This document shows positions 9,668-19,313 of a stretch of 64,000 bases of DNA, in pieces. The stretch's first letter is position 1. Each line of letters starts with the position of its first letter. The stretch is from a bacterium (lineage in GTDB: Bacteria > Patescibacteriota > UBA1384 > XYA2-FULL-43-10 > JAKAMI01), in assembly GCA_021812945.1 (NCBI GenBank), contig JAKAMI010000001.1:3637-67636 (forward strand), in the 5' to 3' direction. Under the pieces are notes generated by a model, which had not been told where the DNA came from, did not search any database, and saw nothing but the letters and a program-made list of their open reading frames with translations. Made by a program: the position numbers and the translations under genes.

Positions 9668-10507
9668 TTACTTTTCTTTCTTTAGGTTGCTTCGGAAATG
9701 TCTCGCAAGCTGCGACCTTAGCTCCTCGGAATCTAGTTTTCTTTGGAGTCGGCCTTCAATCGCTAGCGACATGGTCCCGGTTTCTTCCGAGATAACGATG
9801 ATAATGGCGTCTGAGAGCTCGGAAAGGGTCACAGCAGCTTTATGCCGCGTGCCCAGGCCCATATTTTCCAGAGAATCGCCGATAGGCAAAGTGCAACCGG
9901 CGGAGATGATCTGATTGCCGACGATAATGGTTGCTCCGTCGTGAAGCGGTGATTTCGGAAAAAATATCGAAAGCAATAACTCCGCCGAAACTTTCGCCTC
10001 CAAACTGACACCACTTGAAATATACTCTCCCAGAGCCGTTTTTCTCTGGATGACAATGAGAGCGCCGATTTTCTGGTCTGACAAAACTTCGGAGGCAGTC
10101 ACTAGTTCGTTGATTAGTTTTGTCTGTCCGGATCTGGATAATGATGATAGATCGGACAAAAACTTGGCGCGGCCAAGCCGTTCCAGAACCGCCCGAAGTT
10201 CCGGCTGAAAAACTATCGGAATAGCTACGACCAGCATAGTCATAAGATATTTTAGAATCCAGTTGAGTAGTACCAAATCCAGAACCCGGCCGATAATAGC
10301 CAAAATACCCAAAAATAAGAAACCATAGAGAATCCGCATGGCCCGGGTTTCTTTGAGGAATACATAGATCCAGTATATGAAAACCGCTACGATAAGGATG
10401 TCGAGAATCATAAAAGGCGTTATGGCCATCGACAAACTATCCCAGAAATAACTGGCCTTATCAAACGAACCGAGTACTTGTCCAATCTCAACCATTACCC
10501 TCCACAT
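9668..10507 (-). CDS. cdaA: Diadenylate cyclase CdaA (c-di-AMP synthase)
   Basis: Three N-terminal TM helices and a DAC domain with motifs GALIVIQ, PLHDGATII, LGTRHKAA, ISEETG. Confidence 0.88.
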   Translation of the reverse strand: MWRVMVEIGQVLGSFDKASYFWDSLSMAITPFMILDILIVAVFIYWIYVFLKETRAMRILYGFLFLGILAIIGRVLDLVLLNWILKYLMTMLVVAIPIVFQPELRAVLERLGRAKFLSDLSSLSRSGQTKLINELVTASEVLSDQKIGALIVIQRKTALGEYISSGVSLEAKVSAELLLSIFFPKSPLHDGATIIVGNQIISAGCTLPIGDSLENMGLGTRHKAAVTLSELSDAIIIVISEETGTMSLAIEGRLQRKLDSEELRSQLARHFRSNLKKEK

Positions 10508-10712
10508 GATACTCTTGACCTCAAGACTAGTTCTATTTTAGCAAAACGAGTAGCATAAGCAAACTTTTCCAGGGAAATTTCAATAACCAAGACACAATAA
10601 CCAAAACTAGCTTGATTTAATTTTGTTTGAAACAAAAAAATGAGAGACGAATGAGTAGGCTGGCTAGGGCGGCCGGGAGCGCAGACAAAATCCTTAAGAC
10701 GTTAGAGTTAAA

Positions 10713-12590
10713 CTACTCCACAGTCCTTTTGATTTCGTCAATTCGATAAGCGATGAGTTCATCGTCTTTGAGCACGTCGATCATTCCGGCTACCGAGACG
10801 CCGGTTTCGCTGCCGCTTTTGGCCTCAACCACCTCGTCTTTGCCGGATCGAAGAGTCTCTATCTTGCCGCTATAAACTTCTTTTTCTCCGCGCATTATTT
10901 TGATGAGGTCGTTTCGCTTTAGTTCGCCCGACTCGATCATCCCGCCAAAAATGGTGATTTTTCGGTCGAATCGGAAAGTCGCCAAGACTTTGAGCTTGCC
11001 GGTTTCGACAATTCGTCTTTCGGGCGGCAGTATCTCCGACATCCGGGCTTTAACGTCGTCAATAAGATCATATATGACATCGTATGACTTTATCATAACT
11101 TTTTCGAGTTCGGCCAAGCGCTTGGCGGCACCCATTACGGATACACGAAATGCTAAAAGTAACGCTTTTGAGGTTGAGGCCATATTTACGTCCGACTCGG
11201 AAACTGCCCCGATCCCTTCGTGAACTATTTGAAGTTTCAGTTCGGGATGGCTGATAGCGTTCAAGGTTTGCTTGATGGCTTCCAACGAGCCTTTGACGTC
11301 GGCTTTAACCACCAAATTGAATTCATAAACTTTCACGTTTCCTTCACTTTCGCTTGAAACAATCTTTTTGGCTGAGACAAAATCACTGGCCGCTTGTTCG
11401 CGGTATTTTTCGGCTTGATCCTTGGCTTCTTTTTCGGATTTAACCACCAAAAGTCGATCTCCGAATGTCGGTAAACCGTTTAGTCCCGCCATTCGAACCG
11501 AGGTACTTGGCTTAGCTTCCGCAATCGGCCGATCTAATGTATCCGTTAGTATTCGAACCTTACCCCAGTATTTTCCCACAACCACCGACTGACCCTTGCG
11601 GAGCGTACCGTTTTCCACCAGCAAGATCGCCAGCGGTCCTGAGCCTTTATGCATGTGGGACTCGATAACTACGCCGGTGGCTTGCTCGGTTTCGTCGGCC
11701 TGATAATTCTTCAGATCGGCAAAGAGAGCGATGGATTCCAAGAGTTTATCTATCCCCTGTCCGGTCTTGGCCGAGACTTCGACCACTATAGTCTCTCCGC
11801 CCCACTCTTCGGAGGTTAGACCGTGTTCTACGAGTTGCTGTTTAACTTTATTGATATCGGCGCCCGGCTTGTCGACCTTATTGACCGCGACGATGATTGG
11901 AACATTGTTGCTCTTGGCTTGTTCGATAACTTCGACGGTTTGCGGCATGACCCCGTCGTCCGCCGCCACGATAAGGACTACCATATCGGTGATGGCGGTA
12001 CCGTGAGAGCGCATGGTGGTGAAAGCGGCGTGGCCGGGGGTGTCGATGAAGGTAATTTGCCTTTTTTCGTTTTTCTTTAGAGTTACTTCGACCTGAAAGG
12101 CGGAGATGTGTTGGGTGATCCCGCCGGATTCCCCCGCCACCACGTTGGCCCGGCGGATTTTGTCGAGTAGCGAGGTTTTGCCGTGATCGACGTGCCCCAT
12201 TATGGCCACGACCGGTGGTCGGGTGGTTAGTTTCTTGCCGGTTACTTCAATTTTTTGCTGGGCAATATTGGTTTTCTCTTCCTTTTTTTCGACGATCTCA
12301 AAGCCTAGGTCATCACCGATGATCTGGGCGGTCAGAAAATCGATGTTTTCATTTATATTGGCTAGGACTCCGTTTTTCATCAATGCTGAGATAATCGAAG
12401 TTACTGGAAGCGCCATGATATCAGAGAGATCTTTGACCGAAACAACCGCCGGAACTTCTATTTGCTTTTTGACTTTTTTAGGCGCCTCAACCGTCGTTTG
12501 CGTATCAGAAAACCGGCTGACCTGCCCCTCTTGCTTCTTGATCGCCGACGCTTCCTTTTTACTCAGTTTTCGTTTTTGAAACCTTGCCAT
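10713..12590 (-). CDS. infB: Translation initiation factor IF-2
   Basis: GTP-binding VAIMGHVDHGKTSLLD, DTPGHAAF, NKVDK. Domain order typical of IF-2. Confidence 0.95.
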   Translation of the reverse strand: MARFQKRKLSKKEASAIKKQEGQVSRFSDTQTTVEAPKKVKKQIEVPAVVSVKDLSDIMALPVTSIISALMKNGVLANINENIDFLTAQIIGDDLGFEIVEKKEEKTNIAQQKIEVTGKKLTTRPPVVAIMGHVDHGKTSLLDKIRRANVVAGESGGITQHISAFQVEVTLKKNEKRQITFIDTPGHAAFTTMRSHGTAITDMVVLIVAADDGVMPQTVEVIEQAKSNNVPIIVAVNKVDKPGADINKVKQQLVEHGLTSEEWGGETIVVEVSAKTGQGIDKLLESIALFADLKNYQADETEQATGVVIESHMHKGSGPLAILLVENGTLRKGQSVVVGKYWGKVRILTDTLDRPIAEAKPSTSVRMAGLNGLPTFGDRLLVVKSEKEAKDQAEKYREQAASDFVSAKKIVSSESEGNVKVYEFNLVVKADVKGSLEAIKQTLNAISHPELKLQIVHEGIGAVSESDVNMASTSKALLLAFRVSVMGAAKRLAELEKVMIKSYDVIYDLIDDVKARMSEILPPERRIVETGKLKVLATFRFDRKITIFGGMIESGELKRNDLIKIMRGEKEVYSGKIETLRSGKDEVVEAKSGSETGVSVAGMIDVLKDDELIAYRIDEIKRTVE

Positions 12591-12643
12591 AACTTACACA
12601 AATCTTATTCACAAATATCGCACAAATCAAAGACTGAAACAGC

Positions 12644-12718
12644 GACCTCTACAGATCAACTCCACCGATAAATCACTGATCCTGTCCCGATCTGTGGAAT
12701 TAATCTGTGGCGGTCACC
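12644..12718. repeat. Inverted-pair palindromic element, GGTGACC/CCACWGAT family copy C
   Basis: GCGACCTCTACAGATCAACTCCACCGAT ... GATCTGTGGAATTAATCTGTGGCGGTCACC. Lies between the gyrA stop and the infB start. Confidence 0.6.
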
Positions 12719-12814
12719 ATCCATATACTGATTAGAAGCATAGCACAAACCCCCCGTAGCTACAAGCTGGGGCAAAAACTTTCATCTTAGAGTACATCTA
12801 GGGTAATTGACTGA

Positions 12815-12850
12815 TGACTGATGACTGATGACTGATGACTGATGACTTTA
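12815..12850. repeat. Heptamer microsatellite (TGACTGA/GATGACT) x5-6
   Basis: TAATTGACTGATGACTGATGACTGATGACTGATGACTGATGACTTT, downstream of the gyrA stop. Confidence 0.85.
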
Positions 12851-12868
12851 GAACTTTCTACTTTTAGG

Positions 12869-12912
12869 ACATGAGATTGCCACGTCGATGACTCCTCGCA
12901 ATGACGAAGGGA
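12869..12912. repeat. ~40-bp dispersed repeat (GAGATTGCNACGTCGATGACTCCTCGCAATGACGAA), copy 1
   Basis: Near-identical to 54078..54120. Directly 3' of the gyrA stop. Confidence 0.75.
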
Positions 12913-12916
12913 GGGG

Positions 12917-15900
12917 CTATTGTTTTCCCCAATAGTTGGGTTCGTCGAAGAGTTTTTTGGAGGGTTGCTTTGGGGCGGGTTTCTTCTCCTCCTCAACATC
13001 TGCTTTGACTTTAGGATTATAAGTATTTACTTTAAAAATTGAAGGTTGGTTGAGATTCTCAGGCCAGGTCTTACCTTCTTCAGTATCGTCGACTTTATCG
13101 GGCTCAATAATGTCGGCCGGAGTTGTTTCCGATTCGACTGGTTTTGGGGGTTCTTTGTAAGTATTTATTTTGATCTCCGGACTTAGTTTTGGTTCGTTTT
13201 GTTCTTCTGGTTCATCGGTCTGGATTCCTGCCTTCGCAGGAATGACAGAGGGAGAGGCAGAAATGACAGTAGGGGTGGGTTTAGTCGGAATCGGTTTTGC
13301 TTTTAGTTTGGTGTCAGATATCGTCTTTTTGACTAAATCGATTGTTTCCGATTTTTGTTTCGCGACTGGTTCGGATTTTGAAGATTCGGACTGGATTCCT
13401 GCCTCCGCAGGAATGACAGGGTGAGAAGCGGAAATGACAGATGGGGAGGCAGTAATGACAGAAGAAGGGGAATCAACCTTTTTCGTTTTGGGTTTGGCCT
13501 CAATATCGGCCGGTTTGTCATGAGATGTTTTGGGCGGATTGCCTTTCGGGGGCTTGACCTCGCAAACTTGGTCTTCGGGTTTTTCTTCTTCCGGACGGAT
13601 GATGGTGACGGAAGAAACTCGGTCGTCGGTCAGGCGCATCAGAGTCACTCCCTGGGTGTCGCGTCCGAGCCGTTTGATAGTGGAGAGTTTCATCCGGATA
13701 ACTTGGCCGTTTCTGGAGGCTAGAACCACATCACCCAAGTCGTCGTGGATTATGTGCATACCGATAAGATTGCCGGTTTTCGTTGTGCAGTTAGCGGCCT
13801 TGATCCCGACCCCGCCGCGTTTTTGCAGGTGGAAATGCTTGAGCATAGTTCGCTTGCCGTAACCGTTTTCCAGAACCACCAGCATATCAGGAAAGCCGGA
13901 TTTTGGCGCATAGTCGGTAAATGGCGACAGAGCTTTCTCGACTACATCGACCCCCATGACAAAGTCGCCCGGCCGCAGGTTGATGCCGCGGACTCCGGCC
14001 GCCGACCGGCCCATAGCTCGAACATCGGTCTCCGGGTAGCAAATAGCTTGACCCTTGGAGCTGACTTGGACTATGACCGAGTCGCCTTCGGTCAGTTTGA
14101 CCCATTTGAGCTCGTCGGCTTTGTTGAGTTTGATAGCGATAATGCCGGACTTTCGAACGTTTTTATAGGCTAGGACTTGAGTTTTCTTGACCACGCCCTT
14201 TTGGGTCGCCATAAAGAAATACTTTGACTCGTCCAGTGCATTTTTCTTGACCATCAAAAGTGTGGTGACTTTCTCGTTCGGCGCCAGCTGGATAATGTTG
14301 ACCAAAGCCACACCTTTGGCCTGGCGTCCCGAAGCCGGAATCTCGTAGACCTTGGTTCTGAACAATCGCCCCTGATTGGTGAAGAACATCACGTCGTCGT
14401 GAGTCGAAACGCACAGCAGATGCTCGACGGCGTCTTCTTCCTTGGTCGTCATCCCGGTCACGCCCTTGCCGCCGCGAACTTGAGAACGATAAGTGTCGAC
14501 CGGTAAACGTTTAATGTAGCCGCCGGTGGTCAGGGTGACGATGACCTGTTCGTCCGGAATCAAGTCCTCGGCGGTGAATTTGCCGATGGCTTGCTCGACG
14601 ACTTGGGTCCGACGCTTATCGCCGTATTTGGTCTTGATCTCGTTTATTTCGGTTTTAATCAGAGCCAATATTTTGGCTGGATTGTTGAGTAGATCTTCCA
14701 GATAAGCGATCAGCTTGAGTTTTTCTTGGTACTCATCCTCGACCTTTTGCCGCTCTAAGCCGGCCAAAGCCGAGAGTCTCATCTCTAAGATGGCCGAGGC
14801 TTGTTTGCCTGAAAGACCGAAACGAGCCATCAAGTTCTTGTGGGCCGTTTCTTTGGTGGTTGATTTCTTGATGGTCTCGATAATCTCTTCGATGTGGTCA
14901 AGAGCGATCTTCAAGCCTTCGAGAATATGAGCCCGATCCTTGGCTTTCAAAAGATCATACTTTGTACGACGAGTTATGACAACTTGTCGATGGGCAATGA
15001 AAAAGCTAATGATCTCCGGCAGACTCATAAGTTGCGGCTCAAGAGAGGGTGTCAGCGCTAGCATATTGACATGAAAAGCCGTTTGCATCTGAGTCAGCTC
15101 GTAAAGCCGGTTTAGGATTTTGTTGGGATAAGCGTTGGCTTTTATTTCGATGACTACTCGGACACCGTTGCGGTCGGACTCGTCGCGAATATCGTAAATG
15201 CCCTCCAGTTTTTTCTCTTGAACCAGGTCGGCAATCTTAGAGATAAGAGTGGATTTATTGACTTGGTAAGGAATCTCGGTGATAACGATGCGAAAGCCCC
15301 GTTTTTGCTCCTCGATCTCGGCTTTGGCGCGGATAACCACCTTGCCCTTGCCGGTAGCATAGGCCTGTTTTATCTCGCTGATGTCATAAATGATACCGCC
15401 GGTCGGAAAATCAGGTCCTTTGACAAACTCCATCAAGTCTTCGACTGTGGCTTCGGGGTTATCTATTTGATAATTTATCGCGTCGCAAACTTCGGTCAGA
15501 TTATGAGGAGGGATATTGGTCGCCATGCCGACAGCGATACCCATGGAACCGTTGAGCAAAAGTTGAGGCACTTTGGCCGGCAAAACTTTCGGTTCTTTCT
15601 TGGTCGAGTCGTAGTTGTCCTGCCAGTCAACCGTGTCTTTGTCAAGGTCAAAGAGCATCTCTTCGGCCATCTTGGTCATGCGGGCTTCGGTGTATCGCAT
15701 AGCGGCGGCCGAGTCTCCGTCCATAGAACCGAAGTTGCCTTGGCCGTCAACCATCTGGTAACGCATCGAGAAATCTTGAGCCATCCGGACCAAAGTATCG
15801 TAAATGGCCATGTCGCCGTGCGGGTGGTAGTTTCCCATAACTTCACCGACAATGGTGGCGGATTTTCTGTATTTGACGTTTGACCTTAACCCCAGATTAC

Positions 15901-16186
15901 CCATAGCAAAAAGCACCCGGCGGTGGACCGGCTTCAAGCCGTCTCGAACATCGGGCAGGGCGCGCGAGACAATAATGCTCATAGCGTAGTCAAGGTAGGA
16001 CTCTTGCATCTCTCGGACTATGCCGCGGGATTTGATAGTGCCGATGTTGGGGTCGATGATGATCTGATTTTCTTCCACTAAAATAGGTTCCTCGACAATT
16101 TCCGGCAAGGTCTCGTTGTTTTCATCGACCACCGTCTCTTCCGGCTCGATTGGTTCGTTTTCAGTTGTTTGCTTTTCGTCAGCCAT
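12917..16186 (-). CDS. gyrA: DNA gyrase subunit A with ~250-aa low-complexity C-terminal extension
   Basis: Conserved GyrA N-terminal and core (RALPDVRDGLKPVHRRVL, active-site region AAMRYTE), GyrA-box-type beta-pinwheel repeats. The Pro/Ser/Lys-rich tail carries repeated VISASPSVIPAKAGIQ/VITASPSVISASHPVIPAEAGIQ. Confidence 0.93.
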   Translation of the reverse strand: MADEKQTTENEPIEPEETVVDENNETLPEIVEEPILVEENQIIIDPNIGTIKSRGIVREMQESYLDYAMSIIVSRALPDVRDGLKPVHRRVLFAMGNLGLRSNVKYRKSATIVGEVMGNYHPHGDMAIYDTLVRMAQDFSMRYQMVDGQGNFGSMDGDSAAAMRYTEARMTKMAEEMLFDLDKDTVDWQDNYDSTKKEPKVLPAKVPQLLLNGSMGIAVGMATNIPPHNLTEVCDAINYQIDNPEATVEDLMEFVKGPDFPTGGIIYDISEIKQAYATGKGKVVIRAKAEIEEQKRGFRIVITEIPYQVNKSTLISKIADLVQEKKLEGIYDIRDESDRNGVRVVIEIKANAYPNKILNRLYELTQMQTAFHVNMLALTPSLEPQLMSLPEIISFFIAHRQVVITRRTKYDLLKAKDRAHILEGLKIALDHIEEIIETIKKSTTKETAHKNLMARFGLSGKQASAILEMRLSALAGLERQKVEDEYQEKLKLIAYLEDLLNNPAKILALIKTEINEIKTKYGDKRRTQVVEQAIGKFTAEDLIPDEQVIVTLTTGGYIKRLPVDTYRSQVRGGKGVTGMTTKEEDAVEHLLCVSTHDDVMFFTNQGRLFRTKVYEIPASGRQAKGVALVNIIQLAPNEKVTTLLMVKKNALDESKYFFMATQKGVVKKTQVLAYKNVRKSGIIAIKLNKADELKWVKLTEGDSVIVQVSSKGQAICYPETDVRAMGRSAAGVRGINLRPGDFVMGVDVVEKALSPFTDYAPKSGFPDMLVVLENGYGKRTMLKHFHLQKRGGVGIKAANCTTKTGNLIGMHIIHDDLGDVVLASRNGQVIRMKLSTIKRLGRDTQGVTLMRLTDDRVSSVTIIRPEEEKPEDQVCEVKPPKGNPPKTSHDKPADIEAKPKTKKVDSPSSVITASPSVISASHPVIPAEAGIQSESSKSEPVAKQKSETIDLVKKTISDTKLKAKPIPTKPTPTVISASPSVIPAKAGIQTDEPEEQNEPKLSPEIKINTYKEPPKPVESETTPADIIEPDKVDDTEEGKTWPENLNQPSIFKVNTYNPKVKADVEEEKKPAPKQPSKKLFDEPNYWGKQ

Positions 16187-16195
16187 GTTACTACT

Positions 16196-16300
16196 CGTAA
16201 ATATAGATGATAATAGGGTGCTAAACGTAGCTAGACATTGTTAGACATGGGTAGACATCGTCGCGACTATTTCTTTCTATGTCTTGCTACTTCTTTCTAT
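16196..16300. repeat. Short direct repeats in inverted arrays in the gyrB-gyrA spacer (TAGACAT x3 facing CTTTCTATGTCT x2)
   Basis: GCTAGACATTGTTAGACATGGGTAGACATCG...CTTTCTATGTCTTGCTACTTCTTTCTATGTCTA. Confidence 0.6.
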
Positions 16301-16311
16301 GTCTAACGGAT

Positions 16312-18959
16312 CTAGACGTCCAAATTCTTGACCGCCTTGGCATGGGTTTGGATGAAGCGCTTGCGCGGCGGGACTTCGTCGCCCATCAGCATGGTAAATA
16401 TTTCGTCGGCTTTTTCGGCCTCTTCCACCGTCACCTGCAAAAGCACCCGATTGGCCGGATTCATAGTCGTCTGCCAGAGCTGTTCCGGATTCATTTCACC
16501 CAGACCCTTGTAGCGCTGAATACTGATCTTCCCAGGCTTTTTCTTATCCGATTTTGGATCATTGTCTTTTTCTGTGTCTCCCTCGGTTTCTTCAGTTTCT
16601 TCATCAACAATTTCTTCCGGACTTTCGGACTCTTGGACTTCGGACTGTATTTCTTCCGGCTCAAACCCGATTTTCTTTAAATAATCGTCCTTTTCCTGGT
16701 CGTTGTAGCATGGCACCTTTTCTTTGCCGTGGCTAATAATGTAGAGAGGCGGCTGGGCGATATAGATGTGGCCGTTTTCGACAATGTCGGGGAAATTGCG
16801 ATAGAAAAATGTCAAAAGTAGCGTGCGGATGTGAGCGCCGTCAACGTCGGCGTCTGTCATAATGATGATGCGGTGATAGCGAAGTTTCTTGTAGTCAATC
16901 TGGTCGCCGATACCGACTCCGACCGCCACGATTAAGGCTTTGATCTCGTCCGAGGACAACATCCGGTCCAGCCGGGCCCGTTCGACATTTAATATTTTCC
17001 CCCGCAAAGGTAATATAGCTTGAAAATTCCGATCTCGAGCTGATTTGGCACTGTTATGAACAAAAACTCCTGAAGCCAGTGCAAAGTTATGAGTGCTCGG
17101 TACTTCTATATCATAAACATCGATGTTCGTTTTTAATGACTCAATCCGCACCAATTTGAGATTACTGTGATCTATCTCGGATATGTTTGATGAAGTAATA
17201 TCAATATCAAAAGACATTAAACTTGAATCGGTTTTTAAGTCTTTCGCCTGAATAAAAGAACTGTCGCGCAACATGAACTTATGGTCCGGGGTACAAACTA
17301 TTTCTTCCCCATTATCAAGAACTAGTTTAATAACCGAGGCTTTTTTATGAGTCAACCGAGGATTTGTTATTTTTTCAATCCCTATTTTGCCACCTTGCTT
17401 TATCGTGTAACAATAATTTTGTTTCCCTTTTTTGTCTTCCTCAATAAGTTGCTTAAATGATAAATTTCTTCCGTCGGTTAGGGCTACTTTTGCATCACCT
17501 GAAAAACATCCACCGGCACTGTCGCCCTCCACAATATAGATTTCCGATCTGGAGGGATCTTTGCTGGAGCAGTCGGCCAGTTTACCCGGAAGCGTCATAC
17601 CCTCCAAAGCACCCTTGCGGATAATGGTCTCGCGGGCGGCACGAGCGGCGAGTCTGGCTTTGGCCGAAAGCGAACATTTTTCGACTATTCGGCGTCCCTC
17701 CTGTGGATTTTCTTCGAGGTAATAGGCAAAACCCTCGGCGGTGGCCGTCTCGGCGATGGAGCGGACCTCGGCGTTGCCGAGCTTGGCTTTGGTTTGGCCC
17801 TCGAACTGGGGTTCACGGAGTTTGACTGAGATAACGGCGGTTAGACCCTCCCGCACGTCGTCGCCGGAAAGCGCTTCGGAGGCGGATTTGATCCAGCCGT
17901 TTTTCTTGGCATAATCGTTGATAACCCGAGTCAATGCTGAGCGGAAGCCGGTCAGATGAGTCCCGCCGTCGGTGGTGTGAATGTTGTTGGCAAAGGAGTA
18001 AACGTGTTCTTTGAAATCGTCGGTGTAAACTACCGCGATGGTGGTTTGGACATCATCGATAATCTTTTCGTAGTAAAAAGGTTTCTCGTTGATCGGCTGG
18101 CGGTTTTTGGAGAGGCTAACGACGTAAGATTTGATCCCGCCTTCAAAATAAAAATTGTAAATTTTTGGTTTTAGAGACGGCTCTTTGGGCTGGATCGGTC
18201 TCGATTCTTTATTGTCAATATCGTCTTCTTCGATTTTTTCCCCAACAACATCGGTCTCGGTAATCTCTTCCTCGGATTCTATTTGATCGTCAAAATCTTC
18301 TTCTGCCGAATCTGTTACCCCGATCCGCTCGTCGGTTATGGTAATCCAAACTTTTTTCGTTAAATAGGCCTGCTGGCGGAGATGGTCGACGATAGTTTTG
18401 AAAGAAAATCGAATATTTTTGAAAATTTCCGGATCCGGTGAAAAGGTAATGATGGTTCCGGTACCCTCCGCAGTTCCGACCACTTTAATGTCTGAGAGCG
18501 GCTTGCCCTTCTCGTATTCCTGGGCGTAAAGTTTGCCGTCGCGTTTGACCTCGGCTCGAAGTTTGGTCGAAAGCGCATTTACCACTGAGACGCCGACACC
18601 GTGGAGACCGCCGGAGACTTTGTAGCCGCCGTCGCCAAACTTACCTCCGGCGTGGAGGATGGTCAAAACCGTTTCCAGAGCCGATTTGCCAGTCTGGCGC
18701 TGTTTGTCGACCGGAATGCCGCGGCCGTTATCGGTGATGCGTGCCGAACCGTCGGGAAGAAGCGTAACTTCGATCCGATCGCAGTAACCGGCCATCGCCT
18801 CGTCTAGGGAGTTGTCAAAAACTTCCCAGATCAAGTGATGCAGACCTTCCGGACCGGTACCGCCGATATACATTCCCGGACGTTTGCGAACCGGATCAAG
18901 CCCTTCAAGGACAGTGATCTGACTGGCATCGTATGTAGTTTTCTTTTTGTCGTCTGGCA
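16312..18959 (-). CDS. gyrB: DNA gyrase subunit B, interrupted in-frame by a mini-intein
   Basis: GyrB ATPase (HAGGKFGDGGYKVSGGLHGVGVSVVNALS), TOPRIM EGDSAGG / SAKSARDRNFQAILPLRGKILN. The likely start is MPDDKKK at 18959. The ORF-track start at 19053 reads through an upstream REP palindrome. Acidic insertions are also present. Confidence 0.93.
17053..17508 (-). other. Mini-intein (152 aa, no homing-endonuclease domain) inserted in the GyrB TOPRIM motif EGDSAGG^SAK
   Basis: N-terminal CFSGDAKVAL (block A), TxxH block B (IVCTPDHKF), C-terminal GVFVHN followed by +1 Ser. Flanking extein residues restore the conserved GyrB motif. Confidence 0.8.
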
Positions 18960-19022
18960 TATATTGAGATCCTTTCACAAACCTATTGCGCAGATAATAC
19001 CGATTTTGCCTACAAAGACAGT

Positions 19023-19063
19023 CTTTGCAAATGTGTCTAAAGACTGTCATCACTAGCCATCGG
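19023..19063. repeat. REP-like palindrome (AAAGACAGTCTTT family)
   Basis: ACAAAGACAGTCTTTGCAAATGTGTCTAAAGACTGTCATCA, upstream of gyrB. Confidence 0.75.
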
Positions 19064-19267
19064 TGTCGGTCGGTACATTACATTATATGTTAGCAATCAA
19101 GTCAAAAAACAATCACATGCTGGTGATTGCCCCTCACTACCCCCATTGTACCGATTATTTTAAATTCGATCAAGTACGGTGGATTATTGGGGATATCATA
19201 AAAAAAATGCCCGCAATCAAAGGATTTCGGTAATATTTTTAACTATCTAACGATAGGATTTAGGTAC

Positions 19268-19293
19268 GGAGTGGGCATATGCCCACTCCGTGG
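19268..19293. terminator. Perfect 26-bp palindrome downstream of the ankyrin gene
   Basis: ACGGAGTGGGCATATGCCCACTCCGT. Confidence 0.5.
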
Positions 19294-19313
19294 GATGTCA
19301 GGTCGTGTGTTGC

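Noticed and set aside
12787-12999. 70-aa minus-strand ORF (…HQSSVISHQSITLDVL)
   Set aside because: The translation is generated by the heptamer microsatellite and the gyrA 3' end. It is not a gene.
18960-19053. N-terminal 31-aa extension of the gyrB ORF (MMTVFRHICKDCLCRQNRYYLRNRFVKGSQY)
   Set aside because: It is read-through over the upstream REP palindrome. MPDDKKK at 18959 matches GyrB N-termini.
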